Positions 1-10,802 of a stretch of DNA of 64,000 bases are shown piece by piece (the first letter of the stretch is position 1; the number at the start of each line of letters is the position of its first letter). The notes under the pieces were generated by a model that searched no databases, had not been told where the DNA came from, and worked only from the letters and a program-made list of their open reading frames with translations. This stretch comes from Vicinamibacterales bacterium. GTDB taxonomy: Bacteria; Acidobacteriota; Vicinamibacteria; Vicinamibacterales; UBA2999. The stretch spans positions 5,982 to 69,981 of the forward strand of contig DATJJE010000028.1 in the NCBI GenBank assembly GCA_035492455.1, written 5' to 3'. Made by a program: the position numbers and the translations under genes.

Positions 1-848
1 ACCACGTCTGCGTCGACCGGCGCCTCTTTCGCCAGCGTGCGACCGAGCTGCGTGCGCACCTCGTTGACGCTTTCGCCGAACACGTAGCTGTCCGGCCGCG
101 CGAAGTAGACGTGCTCGAAGATGCATTGCGACTGGCGCGCCGGACCGAACGGCTTGACCGACTTGACGCCCGTCTGGCTGACGATCACCACTTCGCCGGG
201 CTCGACGTCGCGTACGTAAGTCGCGCCGATGAGATCGAGCGCGCAAGTTTCCGAGCAGATAACCCACGCGTCGCCAAGCTTGCCGAGCGCCAGTGGCCGG
301 AACCCGTGTGGATCGCGAACGCCGATCATGCGATCCCTGGTCATCATGACGAACGAGAATGCGCCGCGCACCTGCGAAATAGCTTCGATGACGGCTGCTT
401 CGACACCCACTTCGCGCGATCGCGCGAAAAGGTGCACGATCACCTCGGTATCGCTGTTCGTCTGGAAGATGGCGCCGGCGCGCACGAGCGCATCGCGCAG
501 TTCTCCGGCGTTGACGAGGTTTCCGTTGTGACAGACCGCCAGCTGCCCGTGGACGCTGTCGACCAGAATCGGATGCGCGTTAGCAAGAAGGCTCTCGCCG
601 GCGGTCGAGTAGCGCACATGGCCAATGGCCATCGTGCCCGGCAGCTTCGCCAGCGTCTCGCTGTTGAATGCCTCGTTCACGTAGCCCATCGCCTTGTGCA
701 GGCGAATGCGGCCGCCGTCGGACGACGCGATCCCGGCGCTCTCCTGGCCCCGATGCTGGAGGGCATACAAACCGAGGTACGTGAGGTTCGAGGCCTCCGG
801 GTGGCCGAAGATCCCGAACACGCCGCATTCTTCGCGGAATTTGTCCAT
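1..848 (-). CDS. purF: Amidophosphoribosyltransferase, N-terminal part (C-terminus runs off the window)
   Basis: Absent from the ORF track because it has no stop in the window. Reverse-strand translation from ATG at 848 reads MDKFREECGVFGIFGHPEASNLTYLGLYALQHRGQESAGIASS..., the Ntn Cys-nucleophile glutamine amidotransferase start of PurF. The + ORF 111..884 is its antisense shadow. Confidence 0.9.
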   Translation of the reverse strand, partial: MDKFREECGVFGIFGHPEASNLTYLGLYALQHRGQESAGIASSDGGRIRLHKAMGYVNEAFNSETLAKLPGTMAIGHVRYSTAGESLLANAHPILVDSVHGQLAVCHNGNLVNAGELRDALVRAGAIFQTNSDTEVIVHLFARSREVGVEAAVIEAISQVRGAFSFVMMTRDRMIGVRDPHGFRPLALGKLGDAWVICSETCALDLIGATYVRDVEPGEVVIVSQTGVKSVKPFGPARQSQCIFEHVYFARPDSYVFGESVNEVRTQLGRTLAKEAPVDADV

Positions 849-873
849 ATCGGGAAGTCTCTAGTGTACGGCT

Positions 874-3111
874 TCAGGCAATAGCTTTCGCCCGCTCGAA
901 ATACCGTTCGATGGCAACGCCCCACGTCCGCTCGACCTCGCCGAGCGGCTCGTCGATTATCGTTCGTCCGTCGATCGCGATCTGCAGACGCCTACCCGTG
1001 ACCATGCCGATGCGCCGGGCCGGTAGATGCGCGCGCGAGGCCATCGACAGCAGCTCTGCCTCACGTTGTGGAGCAACGGAGACGACGACCCGCGACGCCG
1101 ATTCGCTGAAGAGTGTCGCGATGTCGCTGAAACCCGCCGCCGACCCTACCGCGGCGACATCGGTTCGCGCACCCAGCCCCGTGCCGATGCAGCACTCGGC
1201 GATGGTGACGGCGAGTCCCCCTTCAGAGCAATCCTGCGCGGATCGAATCAGCCCGCTGCCCGCGCCCTCGACCAGCACCCGGTGCAGCGCGCCTTCACGG
1301 TTCAGATCGAGCACCGGAGGCACACCACGAATGAGACCATGCAGCGTTTTCAAATACTCGCTGCCGCCCAGCTCATCGAGCGTCTCCCCGAGGAGCACAA
1401 TCGCGTCGCCTTCGTTGCGGAACGTGCGCTGTACTACCGCGTCAGCATCTTCGATCACGCCAACAACGCCGAGCACTGGCGTTGGCAGCACGGCGCGTCC
1501 GTCGGTTTCGTTATAGAGGCTGACGTTTCCGCCGGTGATGGGAATGTCGAGCGCGCGGCAGGCCGCACCCATGCCTTCGACGGCACGCGCGAACTGCCAC
1601 ATGATCTCGGGCTTCTCCGGATTGCCGAAGTTGAGGCAATTGGTTGCGCCGATCGGCGTGCCGCCGGCGCACGCCACGTTGCGCGCCGCTTCGGCGACCG
1701 CGAGCTGCGCGCCGGCATATGGATCGAGGTAAACGAACCGTCCGTTGCAGTCGACCGACATGGCGAGCGCCCGCCGGGTCCCCTTCACACGTACCACGCC
1801 CGCACCCATGCCGGGCATGACAAGCGTGTTGGTGCGCACCATGTGGTCGTACTGCCGATAGACCCAGCGCTTGCTCGCAATCGTCGGCGAAGCGAGCAAT
1901 CTCGCAAACACCTCGTCCGCTGCGACGGGCTTACCTAACGAGGCGAGCGACAGCTGCTGCGCTTCCTCGATATATGCAGGCGCGGCCATCGGCCGTCGAT
2001 AGACCGGCGCGTCATCGGTCAGGGCGCGATTCGGGATCTCCGCGACAACTTCGCCGCGGTTGCGCACGCGGAGCTTGCCATCGGTCGTCACCTCGCCGAC
2101 GCGCACGGCATGCAGATCCCATTTCTCGAAAATCCGCTCGACCTCGGCCTCGCGTCCCCGCTTGACGACCATCAGCATGCGCTCCTGTGACTCGGAGAGC
2201 ATGATTTCGTACGGTGTCATGCCGGTCTCGCGCTGCGGCACCAGCGAGACGTCGATGTCGACCCCGGCGCCACCGCGCGATCCCATCTCGCACGTCGAGC
2301 AGGTCAGCCCCGCCGCACCCATATCCTGAATGCCGACGAGCGCGTCGGTCCTCATCACCTCGAGGCAGGCTTCGAGGAGCAGCTTCTCCATGAACGGATC
2401 GCCAACCTGTACGGCCGGCCGCTTTTCCGCGCTCTTCTCGTCAAACTCCGCGGACGCCATCGTCGCGCCGTGGATGCCGTCGCGTCCTGTCTTCGCGCCG
2501 ACGTAGTACACGGGATTACCAGCACCCGAGGCGACGCCCTTGATGATGTCCTCGTGAGCGGCGATGCCGAGGCAGAACACGTTCACGAGAGGATTGCCCG
2601 TGTAGCTCTCGTCGAATGCGACTTCGCCGCCGACTGTCGGGATGCCGATGCTGTTGCCGTAGCCGGCGATACCGGCGACAACGCCCGAGAACGTGCGCCG
2701 GACGAGCGGATCATCCAGCGGCCCGAAGCGCAGGGAGTTGAGCAGCGCGATCGGCCGCGCCCCCATCGTGAAGATGTCGCGAATGATGCCACCCACACCG
2801 GTCGCGGCACCCTGATACGGCTCGATGAACGACGGGTGGTTATGCGATTCGATCTTGAACACCGCGGCGAGTCCGTCGCCGATGTCGACCGCGCCGGCGT
2901 TCTCGCCAGGCCCCTGCAGCACGCGCGGACCTGAAGTAGGCAGCGTCTTCAGGTGAACACGCGAGCTCTTATAGCTGCAGTGCTCCGACCACATCACGGA
3001 GAAGATGCCGAGCTCGGTCAGCGTCGGCTCGCGTTTCAACGCGTCAATGATCCGTTGAAATTCCTCGGTGCTCAGGCCGTGTCGTTCGAGGACGTCGCTC
3101 GTGACGGTCAT
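874..3111 (-). CDS. purL: Phosphoribosylformylglycinamidine synthase subunit II
   Basis: ORF 874..3252. Conserved sequence begins at the internal Met ([21 protein letters not shown]...[13 protein letters not shown]). The ATG at 3111 overlaps the purQ stop (ATGA). The upstream 47 codons are Arg/Ala-rich and lie inside purQ. Confidence 0.93.
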   Translation of the reverse strand: MTVTSDVLERHGLSTEEFQRIIDALKREPTLTELGIFSVMWSEHCSYKSSRVHLKTLPTSGPRVLQGPGENAGAVDIGDGLAAVFKIESHNHPSFIEPYQGAATGVGGIIRDIFTMGARPIALLNSLRFGPLDDPLVRRTFSGVVAGIAGYGNSIGIPTVGGEVAFDESYTGNPLVNVFCLGIAAHEDIIKGVASGAGNPVYYVGAKTGRDGIHGATMASAEFDEKSAEKRPAVQVGDPFMEKLLLEACLEVMRTDALVGIQDMGAAGLTCSTCEMGSRGGAGVDIDVSLVPQRETGMTPYEIMLSESQERMLMVVKRGREAEVERIFEKWDLHAVRVGEVTTDGKLRVRNRGEVVAEIPNRALTDDAPVYRRPMAAPAYIEEAQQLSLASLGKPVAADEVFARLLASPTIASKRWVYRQYDHMVRTNTLVMPGMGAGVVRVKGTRRALAMSVDCNGRFVYLDPYAGAQLAVAEAARNVACAGGTPIGATNCLNFGNPEKPEIMWQFARAVEGMGAACRALDIPITGGNVSLYNETDGRAVLPTPVLGVVGVIEDADAVVQRTFRNEGDAIVLLGETLDELGGSEYLKTLHGLIRGVPPVLDLNREGALHRVLVEGAGSGLIRSAQDCSEGGLAVTIAECCIGTGLGARTDVAAVGSAAGFSDIATLFSESASRVVVSVAPQREAELLSMASRAHLPARRIGMVTGRRLQIAIDGRTIIDEPLGEVERTWGVAIERYFERAKAIA

Positions 3112-3821
3112 CGTGCGATTGCGAACGCGCCCTGCGCGACCGCCTTCACCACAGATTCGAACAGGATCAATCCGTCGGCACTGCCCAGGGCCATCTCGCA
3201 CGCGCGCTCGGGATGCGGCATGAGACCGACGACGTTCCGCTGCTCGTTGCAAAGACCGGCGATGTTTGCCACCGAGCCATTCGGATTCGATTCGTCGGTT
3301 GGAATTCCCTGCGCATTCGTATAGCGGAACACGACTTGACGATTGCGCTCGAGACGAGCAATGACGTCAGGCTCCGCGTAGTAGTTGCCTTCTCCGTGCG
3401 CGATTGGAATCTTGAGGACCTGTCCAGAGCGGCAAGCGCTCGTGAACGGCGTATCTGTCTGCTCAACTTTGATGAGCACGTGCTCGCACTGAAACTTGAC
3501 GCTGCGGTTGCGCAGCATCGCGCCCGGCAGAAGCCCCGCCTCGAGCAGCACCTGGAAGCCGTTGCAGATGCCGAGGACCGGGCCGCCCGCATCCGCGAAC
3601 TTCTGCACTTCCGCCATGATCGGAGAGAAGCGTGCGATGGCACCGGTGCGCAGGTAGTCGCCGTGCGCAAAGCCTCCCGGCAGAATGACGACATCTGCGG
3701 CTTTCAGGCTCGTGTCCTTGTGCCAGATGAATTCCGCTTGTTGGCCAAGAACGTGCTCCGCGGCGTACTGCGCGTCGTGATCGCAGTTGGAACCCGGAAA
3801 GACGATGACGGCGAACTTCAT
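3108..3821 (-). CDS. purQ: Phosphoribosylformylglycinamidine synthase, glutaminase subunit
   Basis: [16 protein letters not shown] start, class-I amidotransferase Cys (GICNGFQ) and HPE (MPHPERA). 4-nt overlap with purS. Confidence 0.95.
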   Translation of the reverse strand: MKFAVIVFPGSNCDHDAQYAAEHVLGQQAEFIWHKDTSLKAADVVILPGGFAHGDYLRTGAIARFSPIMAEVQKFADAGGPVLGICNGFQVLLEAGLLPGAMLRNRSVKFQCEHVLIKVEQTDTPFTSACRSGQVLKIPIAHGEGNYYAEPDVIARLERNRQVVFRYTNAQGIPTDESNPNGSVANIAGLCNEQRNVVGLMPHPERACEMALGSADGLILFESVVKAVAQGAFAIAR

Positions 3822-4072
3822 ACGGCCGCTCCGTCCGCGAGCTCGACGCGAAAGCTTTCAATCACCGGATTCGACAGAAGTTTCTCGGCCGCTTCTTCGG
3901 CAAGCGTGCGGGCCTCGTCGGGGCAGGTCGCGTCGATGTCCAGCTCGAAATATTTGCCCTGACGCACGTCTTTGACCGCCGAGTAGCCGAGTGTGTGCAG
4001 GGCGTCGGTGACGGTTTTTCCCTGTGGATCGAACACCGATGGCTTGAGGGTGACAAACACGCGCGCGCGCAT
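3818..4072 (-). CDS. purS: Phosphoribosylformylglycinamidine synthase subunit PurS
   Basis: 84 aa, [21 protein letters not shown]...; typical PurS size and sequence, located between purB and purQ. Confidence 0.9.
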   Translation of the reverse strand: MRARVFVTLKPSVFDPQGKTVTDALHTLGYSAVKDVRQGKYFELDIDATCPDEARTLAEEAAEKLLSNPVIESFRVELADGAAV

Positions 4073-5376
4073 TAGACCGCAACCTCCTGAAAAACCCGGC
4101 TGAAGATGTGATTGACGTGCTTCAGCTGCTCGTCGAGATCGAACGCGCGCTCGATTTCCGCCGGCGGGAGCACGCGCGTGACGTCTGCGTCGGCCAGCAG
4201 CAATTGCTTGAAGTCGCGCTTCTCATGAAACGCGCGCATCGCGTTGCGCTGCACCCACTCGTAGGCCTGCTCGCGCGAGACGCCGCGCCGCGCAAGCTCG
4301 AGCAGCACGGTTCCCGAGAACTCCACGCCGCGGGAACGATCGAGATTCTCTTTCATCCGATCGGGGTAGACGACCATGCCGCTGACGATGCGCGTGAAGC
4401 GGCGCAGCATGTGGTCGAGCGCAATGAAAGTATCGGGCAGAATGACCCGCTCGACGGACGAGTGTGAGATGTCCCGCTCGTGCCAGAGCGCGTTGTTCTC
4501 GAAGGCGGCACCCGCATTTGCTCGCAGCAGCCGCGCCAGCCCGACGATCTGCTCGCTGCCGATCGGGTTGCGTTTGTGCGGCATCGCCGAGGATCCCTTC
4601 TGCCCCTTGGCAAACGGCTCCTCGACCTCGCCGATTTCGGTCTTCTGCAGACCGCGGATTTCGAGCGCGGCTTTCTCGAGCGTCGATCCGCTGATGGCGA
4701 GCGCCGACAGCAGTTCGGCGTGGCGATCGCGCTGAATGACCTGCGAGGCGACCGGCGCCGGCTGCAGGCCAAGCGTGCGACACACGTCCGCTTCGATGGA
4801 AGGCGGCAGGTGCGCAAATGTGCCGACCGCTCCGGATAGCTTGCCGACGGAAATCACCTCGCGCGCGCGCTCGACACGCGCAACATCGCGCGTCAGCTCC
4901 GCATACCAGAGCGCCAGCTTCAGGCCGAACGTCATCGGTTCGGCATGCACGCCGTGCGTGCGGCCGATCATCGGCGTACGGCGGTGCTCTTCGGCGCGCA
5001 TGCGGACGGCTTCCATCAGACCGTGCAGGTCCTTCAGGATGACGTCGCACGCCTCGCGCATCTGCAGCGCCTGCGCCGTGTCGATGACGTCTGAAGACGT
5101 GAGACCGAAGTGAAGCCATCGCGCCGAGGGGCCGACGTGCTCGGCAACGGCGGTGGTGAACGCAATGACGTCGTGCTGGGTGACCTGCTCGATTTCCTCG
5201 ATGCGCTCGATTCTGAAGTTCGCCCGAGCCCTGAGATCACGCGCCGCATCGTCGGGCACGATCCCGGCACGGGCCATCGCGTCGACCGCGGCAAGTTCGA
5301 CCTGCAGCCAGGTCTCGTATTTCCGCTGGTCGCTCCAGATGCGACCCATTTCCGGGTTCGTGTACCGCGCTATCAT
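4072..5376 (-). CDS. purB: Adenylosuccinate lyase
   Basis: 434 aa with the fumarate-lyase superfamily signature GSSAMPHKRNP. Its TAA stop shares 1 nt with the purS ATG (TAATG). Confidence 0.95.
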   Translation of the reverse strand: MIARYTNPEMGRIWSDQRKYETWLQVELAAVDAMARAGIVPDDAARDLRARANFRIERIEEIEQVTQHDVIAFTTAVAEHVGPSARWLHFGLTSSDVIDTAQALQMREACDVILKDLHGLMEAVRMRAEEHRRTPMIGRTHGVHAEPMTFGLKLALWYAELTRDVARVERAREVISVGKLSGAVGTFAHLPPSIEADVCRTLGLQPAPVASQVIQRDRHAELLSALAISGSTLEKAALEIRGLQKTEIGEVEEPFAKGQKGSSAMPHKRNPIGSEQIVGLARLLRANAGAAFENNALWHERDISHSSVERVILPDTFIALDHMLRRFTRIVSGMVVYPDRMKENLDRSRGVEFSGTVLLELARRGVSREQAYEWVQRNAMRAFHEKRDFKQLLLADADVTRVLPPAEIERAFDLDEQLKHVNHIFSRVFQEVAV

Positions 5377-6644
5377 CCCAGCGACAATCGTTCCGGTGGA
5401 ATCCTCAGGCCGTTCACGGCGCCAAGCACCGTCGCGGCAAGCGCCTTGTCTCTCAGCAGGTCGCGCGCGACCCGCTGCACATCGTCCTGTGTCACCCGTT
5501 CGACCCCTTCGAGCGTCTCGTCGAGACCGAACTGCCGATCGAAGTAGATCTCCTGCCGTGCGAGGTGGGACATCCGGCTGGATGTGCTCTCGAGATTGAG
5601 CATCAGGCTGCCCTTCAGGTGATCCTTGGCGCGCCGCAACTCGGAGTCGGGAACTGGTTCGTCCTTGATGCGTTTCAGCTCGGCGACGACGACGTCGATT
5701 AACTCGCCAATCGCATTGTTAGAGCAGCCTGCATAAATCGTCATCGAGCCCGCATCGCGATACGCGCTCAGGCCACTGAACACGGCGTAGGCCAGACCAC
5801 GCTTCTCGCGAACGTTCTGAAACAGGCGAGAGCTCATCGATCCGCCCAGCACCGTGTTCAGCACGTAGCTGGAATAGCGGTCGGCGTGGTCTTGCTGATA
5901 GCTGCTCGTTCCGAGACAGACGTGGCTCTGTTCGAGCTCCTTGTTGCGGATGATGATGCGCGGTTCGACTCGCGGCGGCGCGCCGTGCAGATCCTGACCG
6001 TCGCTCGACAGCGTTCCGAAGTACTTCTCAACGAGGTCCCGCACCTGCTGATGATCCACATTACCGACGGCGGCGATGATCAGGTTGGGTGCCGCATAGA
6101 CGGAGCGGAAATATCCTCGTAGCCTGTCTTGCGTGAGACCTTCGACCGTCTCCTTGGTGCCCAGAATCGGTCGCCCAAGCGGATGATCGACCCAGAAGTT
6201 CTCGGTGAACAGCTCGTGGACGAGATCGTCGGGCGTGTCCTCGACCATCTTGATCTCTTCGAGCACCACTTTCTTCTCCCGCTCGATGTCGTCTTCGGTA
6301 AACGCCGGGTGTCGGACGATATCTGATAGGACGTCCACCGCCAGCGGCAGATGCTCGTCGAGCACCTTGATGTAATAGCTGGCGTACTCCTTCGCCGTGA
6401 AGGCGTCCATCTGACCGCCAATCGAATCGATGGTTTGCGCGATGTCCTCGGCGCTGCGCGTGTTGGTTCCCTTGAAGAGCATGTGCTCGACGAAGTGCGC
6501 AATACCGCTCTGCTCCTGCGGTTCGTGGCGCGATCCGCGTGCGAGCCACACACCGATGCTGACCGACCGCACGTGCGGCATCCGCTCGGTAAGAAGCCGG
6601 AGACCATTCGGAAGCACGTCGCGGACGATGAGTGGCTGCGTCAC
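5373..6644 (-). CDS. M16 family (pitrilysin-like) zinc peptidase
   Basis: 423 aa with the inverted zinc motif HxxEH (HFVEHMLFKGT) near the N-terminus. 4-nt overlap with purB. Confidence 0.88.
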   Translation of the reverse strand: MTQPLIVRDVLPNGLRLLTERMPHVRSVSIGVWLARGSRHEPQEQSGIAHFVEHMLFKGTNTRSAEDIAQTIDSIGGQMDAFTAKEYASYYIKVLDEHLPLAVDVLSDIVRHPAFTEDDIEREKKVVLEEIKMVEDTPDDLVHELFTENFWVDHPLGRPILGTKETVEGLTQDRLRGYFRSVYAAPNLIIAAVGNVDHQQVRDLVEKYFGTLSSDGQDLHGAPPRVEPRIIIRNKELEQSHVCLGTSSYQQDHADRYSSYVLNTVLGGSMSSRLFQNVREKRGLAYAVFSGLSAYRDAGSMTIYAGCSNNAIGELIDVVVAELKRIKDEPVPDSELRRAKDHLKGSLMLNLESTSSRMSHLARQEIYFDRQFGLDETLEGVERVTQDDVQRVARDLLRDKALAATVLGAVNGLRIPPERLSLG

Positions 6645-6740
6645 AAATGCGTTGGGAGTCGGCCGAGGTCAGCGCCCGCCATCGAGCCGCGGCGATATGC
6701 CGCAAATCGTTGACAGGCAGGGAATTAGAAGAACAGGCGT

Positions 6741-7832
6741 ATGATAACACAGATGGACGCTTTCCGTCTCAATCTCGCCGAGCTCGATCTGCCGGATCTC
6801 GAGATTTTGCTCGAGCAACGCGCGTACGAACGCTTCCATGCGCGGCAGCTCTACCGCTGGATCTACAAGCGCGGCGTTACTGACTTCGAGAAGATGACAG
6901 ATCTCTCGAAGGAGTTCCGCGCCCGGCTGGCAAGAGACTTCGAGGTCGTTACCCCAAGAATTGTTTCTGATCTGAAATCCATCGACGGCACCCGCAAGTT
7001 TGTGCTCGAGCTTGCTGACCAGCGACGCATCGAAGCGGTTTTCATTCCCGACACTCCGGCGATGACCTTCTGCATCTCCACGCAGGTGGGCTGCGCGATG
7101 AGCTGCGGTTTCTGCCTGACGGGCAAGATGGGGCTCCTCCGCAATCTGACGGCGGGGGAAATCGCCGCCGAGGTGCGCGTGCTCGCCGCCGCGACCAACC
7201 TCCTCGACCACCCCTTCAATATCGTGCTGATGGGGATGGGCGAGCCTCTTCACAATTACGACAACACGATGAAGGCGCTCCGCATGCTGCACAACGAGAA
7301 CGGGCTTGCGGTGTCGCCGCGCCGCGTCACGCTGTCGACCGTCGGCATTGTGCCCGGCCTGCAGCGCCTCGCGCACGAGCCGCTGATGCCCAACCTGGCG
7401 ATCTCGTTGCACGCGACGACCGACGAACAGCGCACTGAGCTGGTGCCGCCGAATCGCAAGTACCCGCTCGCAGAGATCCTCGAAGTGTGCCGCCGTTTCC
7501 CGTTGAAGAGGCGAAGCCGCATCACGTTTGAGTATGTGCTGCTCGCGGCCGTTAACGACACGCCAGAGGATGCACGACGCCTCGCGAAGCTGCTGTCGGA
7601 CATCAAAGCGAAGGTGAACCTGATTCCGCTGAATCCTGCACCAGGAATTCCATATGAACGGCCGTCGGACGAGCGTGTCGATCGCTTTGCGCAGATTCTC
7701 GCCGACCGTCACCTGACGGTATCCGTCCGTAAGAGCCGCGGACAGGACATTCGCGCCGCCTGTGGTCAGTTGATTGTGGAAGGCGGCGTGAAGAAATCCG
7801 CCGCGCAGCAGATGGCGCTTCTTATGCCGTGA
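6741..7832 (+). CDS. rlmN: 23S rRNA/tRNA adenine-C2 methyltransferase, radical SAM
   Basis: 363 aa with radical-SAM CxxxCxxC (CAMSCGFCLTG) and a conserved C-terminal Cys (ACGQL). An alternative start at ATG 6753 (MDAFRL...) is possible. Confidence 0.92.
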   Translation: MITQMDAFRLNLAELDLPDLEILLEQRAYERFHARQLYRWIYKRGVTDFEKMTDLSKEFRARLARDFEVVTPRIVSDLKSIDGTRKFVLELADQRRIEAVFIPDTPAMTFCISTQVGCAMSCGFCLTGKMGLLRNLTAGEIAAEVRVLAAATNLLDHPFNIVLMGMGEPLHNYDNTMKALRMLHNENGLAVSPRRVTLSTVGIVPGLQRLAHEPLMPNLAISLHATTDEQRTELVPPNRKYPLAEILEVCRRFPLKRRSRITFEYVLLAAVNDTPEDARRLAKLLSDIKAKVNLIPLNPAPGIPYERPSDERVDRFAQILADRHLTVSVRKSRGQDIRAACGQLIVEGGVKKSAAQQMALLMP

Positions 7833-9060
7833 CGCTGGTCCAGGTGTTGCGCGCCCGCTGCTCGTCCAACCGCACTTTCAAATAATTCCCGGTCACCGCC
7901 GACCACCCATCGTCCACGACAAGCGCTTTCAATTGGCGGCCACGTTGCGATTCACGGAAGAATCGCGCTTTCTCGGCGCCGACGTCCCGAAGCCTTCGAC
8001 CACGCTCCCGGATAACGTTGCCATCAACCTTCGCCGGCAGGCGGCTGGCTTCAGTGCCCGGGCGGTCGGAGTAGGGGAACACGTGGAGGTAACTCAATGG
8101 CAGAGATTCGACGAGCGACATCGTATCCTCGAAATGGTCATCGCTCTCCCCCGGGAAGCCGACGATCAAGTCGGTGCCGATCGACGCATGCGGCATCGAG
8201 CAATGAATCCGCTCCACCAAATCGCGGTAGTAAACGGCCGTATACGGCCGCCGCATCGCCGCGAGCATGCCGTCAGAGCCGTGCTGCAGTGGTAGATGAA
8301 AGTGAGGCGCAATCCGTTCCGATTGCGCTGCAATGTCGACAATCTCCGGCGTGCACTCCATCGGCTCGAGAGAGCTGATACGGAATAGCACCTCGTTCGG
8401 CCACTCCGCCAATGCTCGAACGAGCTGCGTCAATGTGGTTTCGTCGCCGAGGTCTCGCCCGTAGGATCCAAGGTGAACACCGGTGATCGCGACCTCGCGA
8501 TACCCAGCGTCAACCGCACGGCGCACGTCGTTCAGGACATCGGGCATCGTCCGCGAGCGTCCGCTGCCGCGTGTGCTCGGGATAATGCAGTAGCTGCAGT
8601 GCTCATCGCATCCGGTCTGAACCCGGAGTATCAGCGCTGTTCGTCCAGCGACGCCCGGCTGCAGCAACAAACCCGCCTGCCCTGAAGCTTCGGCGGACGA
8701 GCCGCACGGCCCATCGCCTCCGTCGAACCGCTGCGCCGTCGTCAACTCGACGAGCGATTCCTTCTGATTGTTCGACACGACCCGCACCACATTCGGCAGC
8801 TCTCGGATTTCGTCCGGGCGGCGCGTCGCATAGCAGCCGGTAACGACGATCTTCACGTCGGGATTGCCGCGAACGATCCGCCTGATCGTCTGGCGTGCGC
8901 CCTGATCCGCGGTCGCAGTCACTGAGCATGTGTTGACGACGACGAGATCCGCCTCTTCGGGTGGTGCGTCGACGCCGCCGTTACGGCGCAGCTGCTCCTC
9001 GATAACGAACGAGTCCGCCTGGTTCACTCGGCATCCGAACGTGACAATCGAATATTTCAC
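7822..9060 (-). CDS. mtaB: MiaB/RimO-family radical-SAM methylthiotransferase, MtaB-like
   Basis: GTG start. N-terminal UPF0004 domain (TFGCRVNQADS) and radical-SAM CDEHCSYCIIP. Its 3' end overlaps rlmN by 11 nt (convergent), and its start overlaps the purD stop (GTGA). Confidence 0.75.
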   Translation of the reverse strand: MKYSIVTFGCRVNQADSFVIEEQLRRNGGVDAPPEEADLVVVNTCSVTATADQGARQTIRRIVRGNPDVKIVVTGCYATRRPDEIRELPNVVRVVSNNQKESLVELTTAQRFDGGDGPCGSSAEASGQAGLLLQPGVAGRTALILRVQTGCDEHCSYCIIPSTRGSGRSRTMPDVLNDVRRAVDAGYREVAITGVHLGSYGRDLGDETTLTQLVRALAEWPNEVLFRISSLEPMECTPEIVDIAAQSERIAPHFHLPLQHGSDGMLAAMRRPYTAVYYRDLVERIHCSMPHASIGTDLIVGFPGESDDHFEDTMSLVESLPLSYLHVFPYSDRPGTEASRLPAKVDGNVIRERGRRLRDVGAEKARFFRESQRGRQLKALVVDDGWSAVTGNYLKVRLDEQRARNTWTSVTA

Positions 9061-10328
9061 AGCGCCTTCCGCCCGATGTCGCGGCGGAGCTGCATTCCGT
9101 CAAACCTGATGCGCGCCGCGGCCGCATAGGCTGTATCGATTGCTGCCCTATATGTCGGGCCCCGTCCAACGACGGTCAGCACCCGGCCTCCTGCGGTAAC
9201 GACACTACCGTCCTGCGGCGCCGTGCCCGCATGAAAGATCACGGTGTCGGGAACCTGTGCGGCGGCGTCGAGACCTGAAATGACTTTTCCTGTTTCCACG
9301 GTCTCCGGATAGCCACCGGCCGCCAGCACGACGCCGACATGCACCTGGTTGCTGAAACGTGCCGCCCGTGATGGCAGCTCGCCTCGCGCCGCGCACATCA
9401 GCAGAGACGACAGATCTTCATCGAGCATCGGCAGCACAACCTGAGCTTCAGGATCGCCGAACCGCACGTTGAACTCGATGACTTTTGGCCCGTCGGAGGT
9501 CAGCATCAATCCGACGTAAAGAAATCCACGGAATGGGAGCCCCTCACCGAGCATGCCTTCCAGCACCGGGCGAACGATGGTGTCGACGATGCGACTCTCG
9601 ACGTCCAGGGTGACGAGCGGGCTCGGCGCAAATGCGCCCATGCCGCCAGTGTTCGGCCCGCGGTCGTTGTCGAAGATCCGTTTGTGGTCTTGTGCGGAGG
9701 AGAGCGGCATGAACGCCGCGCCGTCTGCAAGTACGAAGTACGACGCTTCCTGACCGGACAGAAATTCCTCGAGTACGACGCGCTCGCCGGAAGCGCCGAA
9801 CTTGCGGTTCACCATCACATCGCGAATCGCCGCATCCGCGGCCGCGCGATCGTCAGCGATGACAACACCCTTACCGGCGGCGAGTCCGTCAGCCTTGATG
9901 ACAATCGGGTAGCCGAACTTACCGCGCGCGATTTCGTTCCGAGCCTCGTCTGCTGAATTGCAGATGCGGAAACCCGCGGTCGGCACGTTATGCCGTGCCA
10001 TGAACTCTTTCGCGAACGCCTTGCTCGATTCGAGGGCGGCCGCTGCAGCGGTCGGTCCGATGATGCGGCGGTCGTTACGTGCGAACAGATCGACAATGCC
10101 GCGACTGAGAGGCAGCTCCGGGCCGACGACCGTGAGATCGACACGCTCGCGCGTGGCAATCTGCAGGACATCCTCAGGTCTTCCCGGATCGCCATGCACG
10201 CATCGCGCGACCGCGGCGATGCCCGGATTCCCCGGACAACAAAGAATCTCCCCGACCGCGTGCTCGCGAGACATCTTCCACGCAAACGCATGTTCTCTTG
10301 CGCCGCCGCCGACGACGAGGATCTTCAC
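9057..10328 (-). CDS. purD: Phosphoribosylamine-glycine ligase
   Basis: 423 aa, MKILVVGGGAREHAFAWK..., ATP-grasp fold, full-length similarity to PurD. Confidence 0.95.
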   Translation of the reverse strand: MKILVVGGGAREHAFAWKMSREHAVGEILCCPGNPGIAAVARCVHGDPGRPEDVLQIATRERVDLTVVGPELPLSRGIVDLFARNDRRIIGPTAAAAALESSKAFAKEFMARHNVPTAGFRICNSADEARNEIARGKFGYPIVIKADGLAAGKGVVIADDRAAADAAIRDVMVNRKFGASGERVVLEEFLSGQEASYFVLADGAAFMPLSSAQDHKRIFDNDRGPNTGGMGAFAPSPLVTLDVESRIVDTIVRPVLEGMLGEGLPFRGFLYVGLMLTSDGPKVIEFNVRFGDPEAQVVLPMLDEDLSSLLMCAARGELPSRAARFSNQVHVGVVLAAGGYPETVETGKVISGLDAAAQVPDTVIFHAGTAPQDGSVVTAGGRVLTVVGRGPTYRAAIDTAYAAAARIRFDGMQLRRDIGRKAL

Positions 10329-10427
10329 GCGGAAAGCAGGTAACTAACCGCGATACAGCGGGTTAACTGGAATTTGCACACGGAGACGTTCGGAGGAAGC
10401 GGCGGGCTTGAGAGCCCGACTATTTCG

Positions 10428-10457
10428 TTGACGCGGTACGGGAATGCGCCCTAGAAT
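10428..10457 (+). promoter_or_regulatory. Candidate sigma-70-type promoter upstream of rpsU
   Basis: TTGACG (10428-10433), 18-nt spacer, TAGAAT (10452-10457), about 90 nt upstream of the rpsU GTG. Motif match only. Confidence 0.35.
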
Positions 10458-10547
10458 CCGCGCCTGCCTGTGATAGCGTAGCATGTTCGGCCCTTTTTAA
10501 AGGCTTTTCACTGAGGCAAGCCAGGCCGACGAGGGGGTGTACACAGG

Positions 10548-10745
10548 GTGGCTGAAGTCAAGATTCAGGAGGGCGAGTCCATCGAGTCCGCTCTCCGACG
10601 GTTCAAGCGGAAAGTGCAGCAGGAAGACATCATCAAGGACATCAAGAAGCACTCGTTCTACTTGAAGCCGGGGGACAAACGCCGCGCCAAGCAGGCGCTG
10701 GCGAGAAAGCGTAATCGGAAGAAGCTTCGACGCGAATCAGAGTAA
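10548..10745 (+). CDS. rpsU: 30S ribosomal protein S21
   Basis: 65 aa, GTG start, (M)AEVKIQEGESIESALRRFKRKVQQEDII...KRRAKQALARKR; classic S21. Confidence 0.93.
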   Translation: MAEVKIQEGESIESALRRFKRKVQQEDIIKDIKKHSFYLKPGDKRRAKQALARKRNRKKLRRESE

Positions 10746-10802
10746 GTCGTACTAGTAAGCCGGCGCCGGAGCGGGATCGACGACGAGCAAAGGTGGCGAC
10801 CG

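Noticed and set aside
111-884. 257-aa + strand ORF at the window start
   Set aside because: Antisense shadow of purF. The minus strand reads the canonical MDKFREECGVFGIFGH... amidotransferase start.
3112-3252. N-terminal extensions of track ORFs. Examples are purL here, acs 40331-40444, pcnB 53394-53459, rmuC 61892-62113, the BON protein 48406-48495, the lipoprotein 49836-50042, the mutase 28609-28923, and the ATPase/GGDEF pair 35880-36050 / 35716-35940.
   Set aside because: In each case homology, a signal peptide or an RBS begins at an internal start. The extension overlaps a neighbouring gene or is Arg/Pro-rich junk.
6710-6744. TTGACA ... TATGAT promoter-like hexamers upstream of rlmN
   Set aside because: The spacer is 23 nt, too long for a sigma-70 promoter, and the -10-like hexamer overlaps the annotated ATG.
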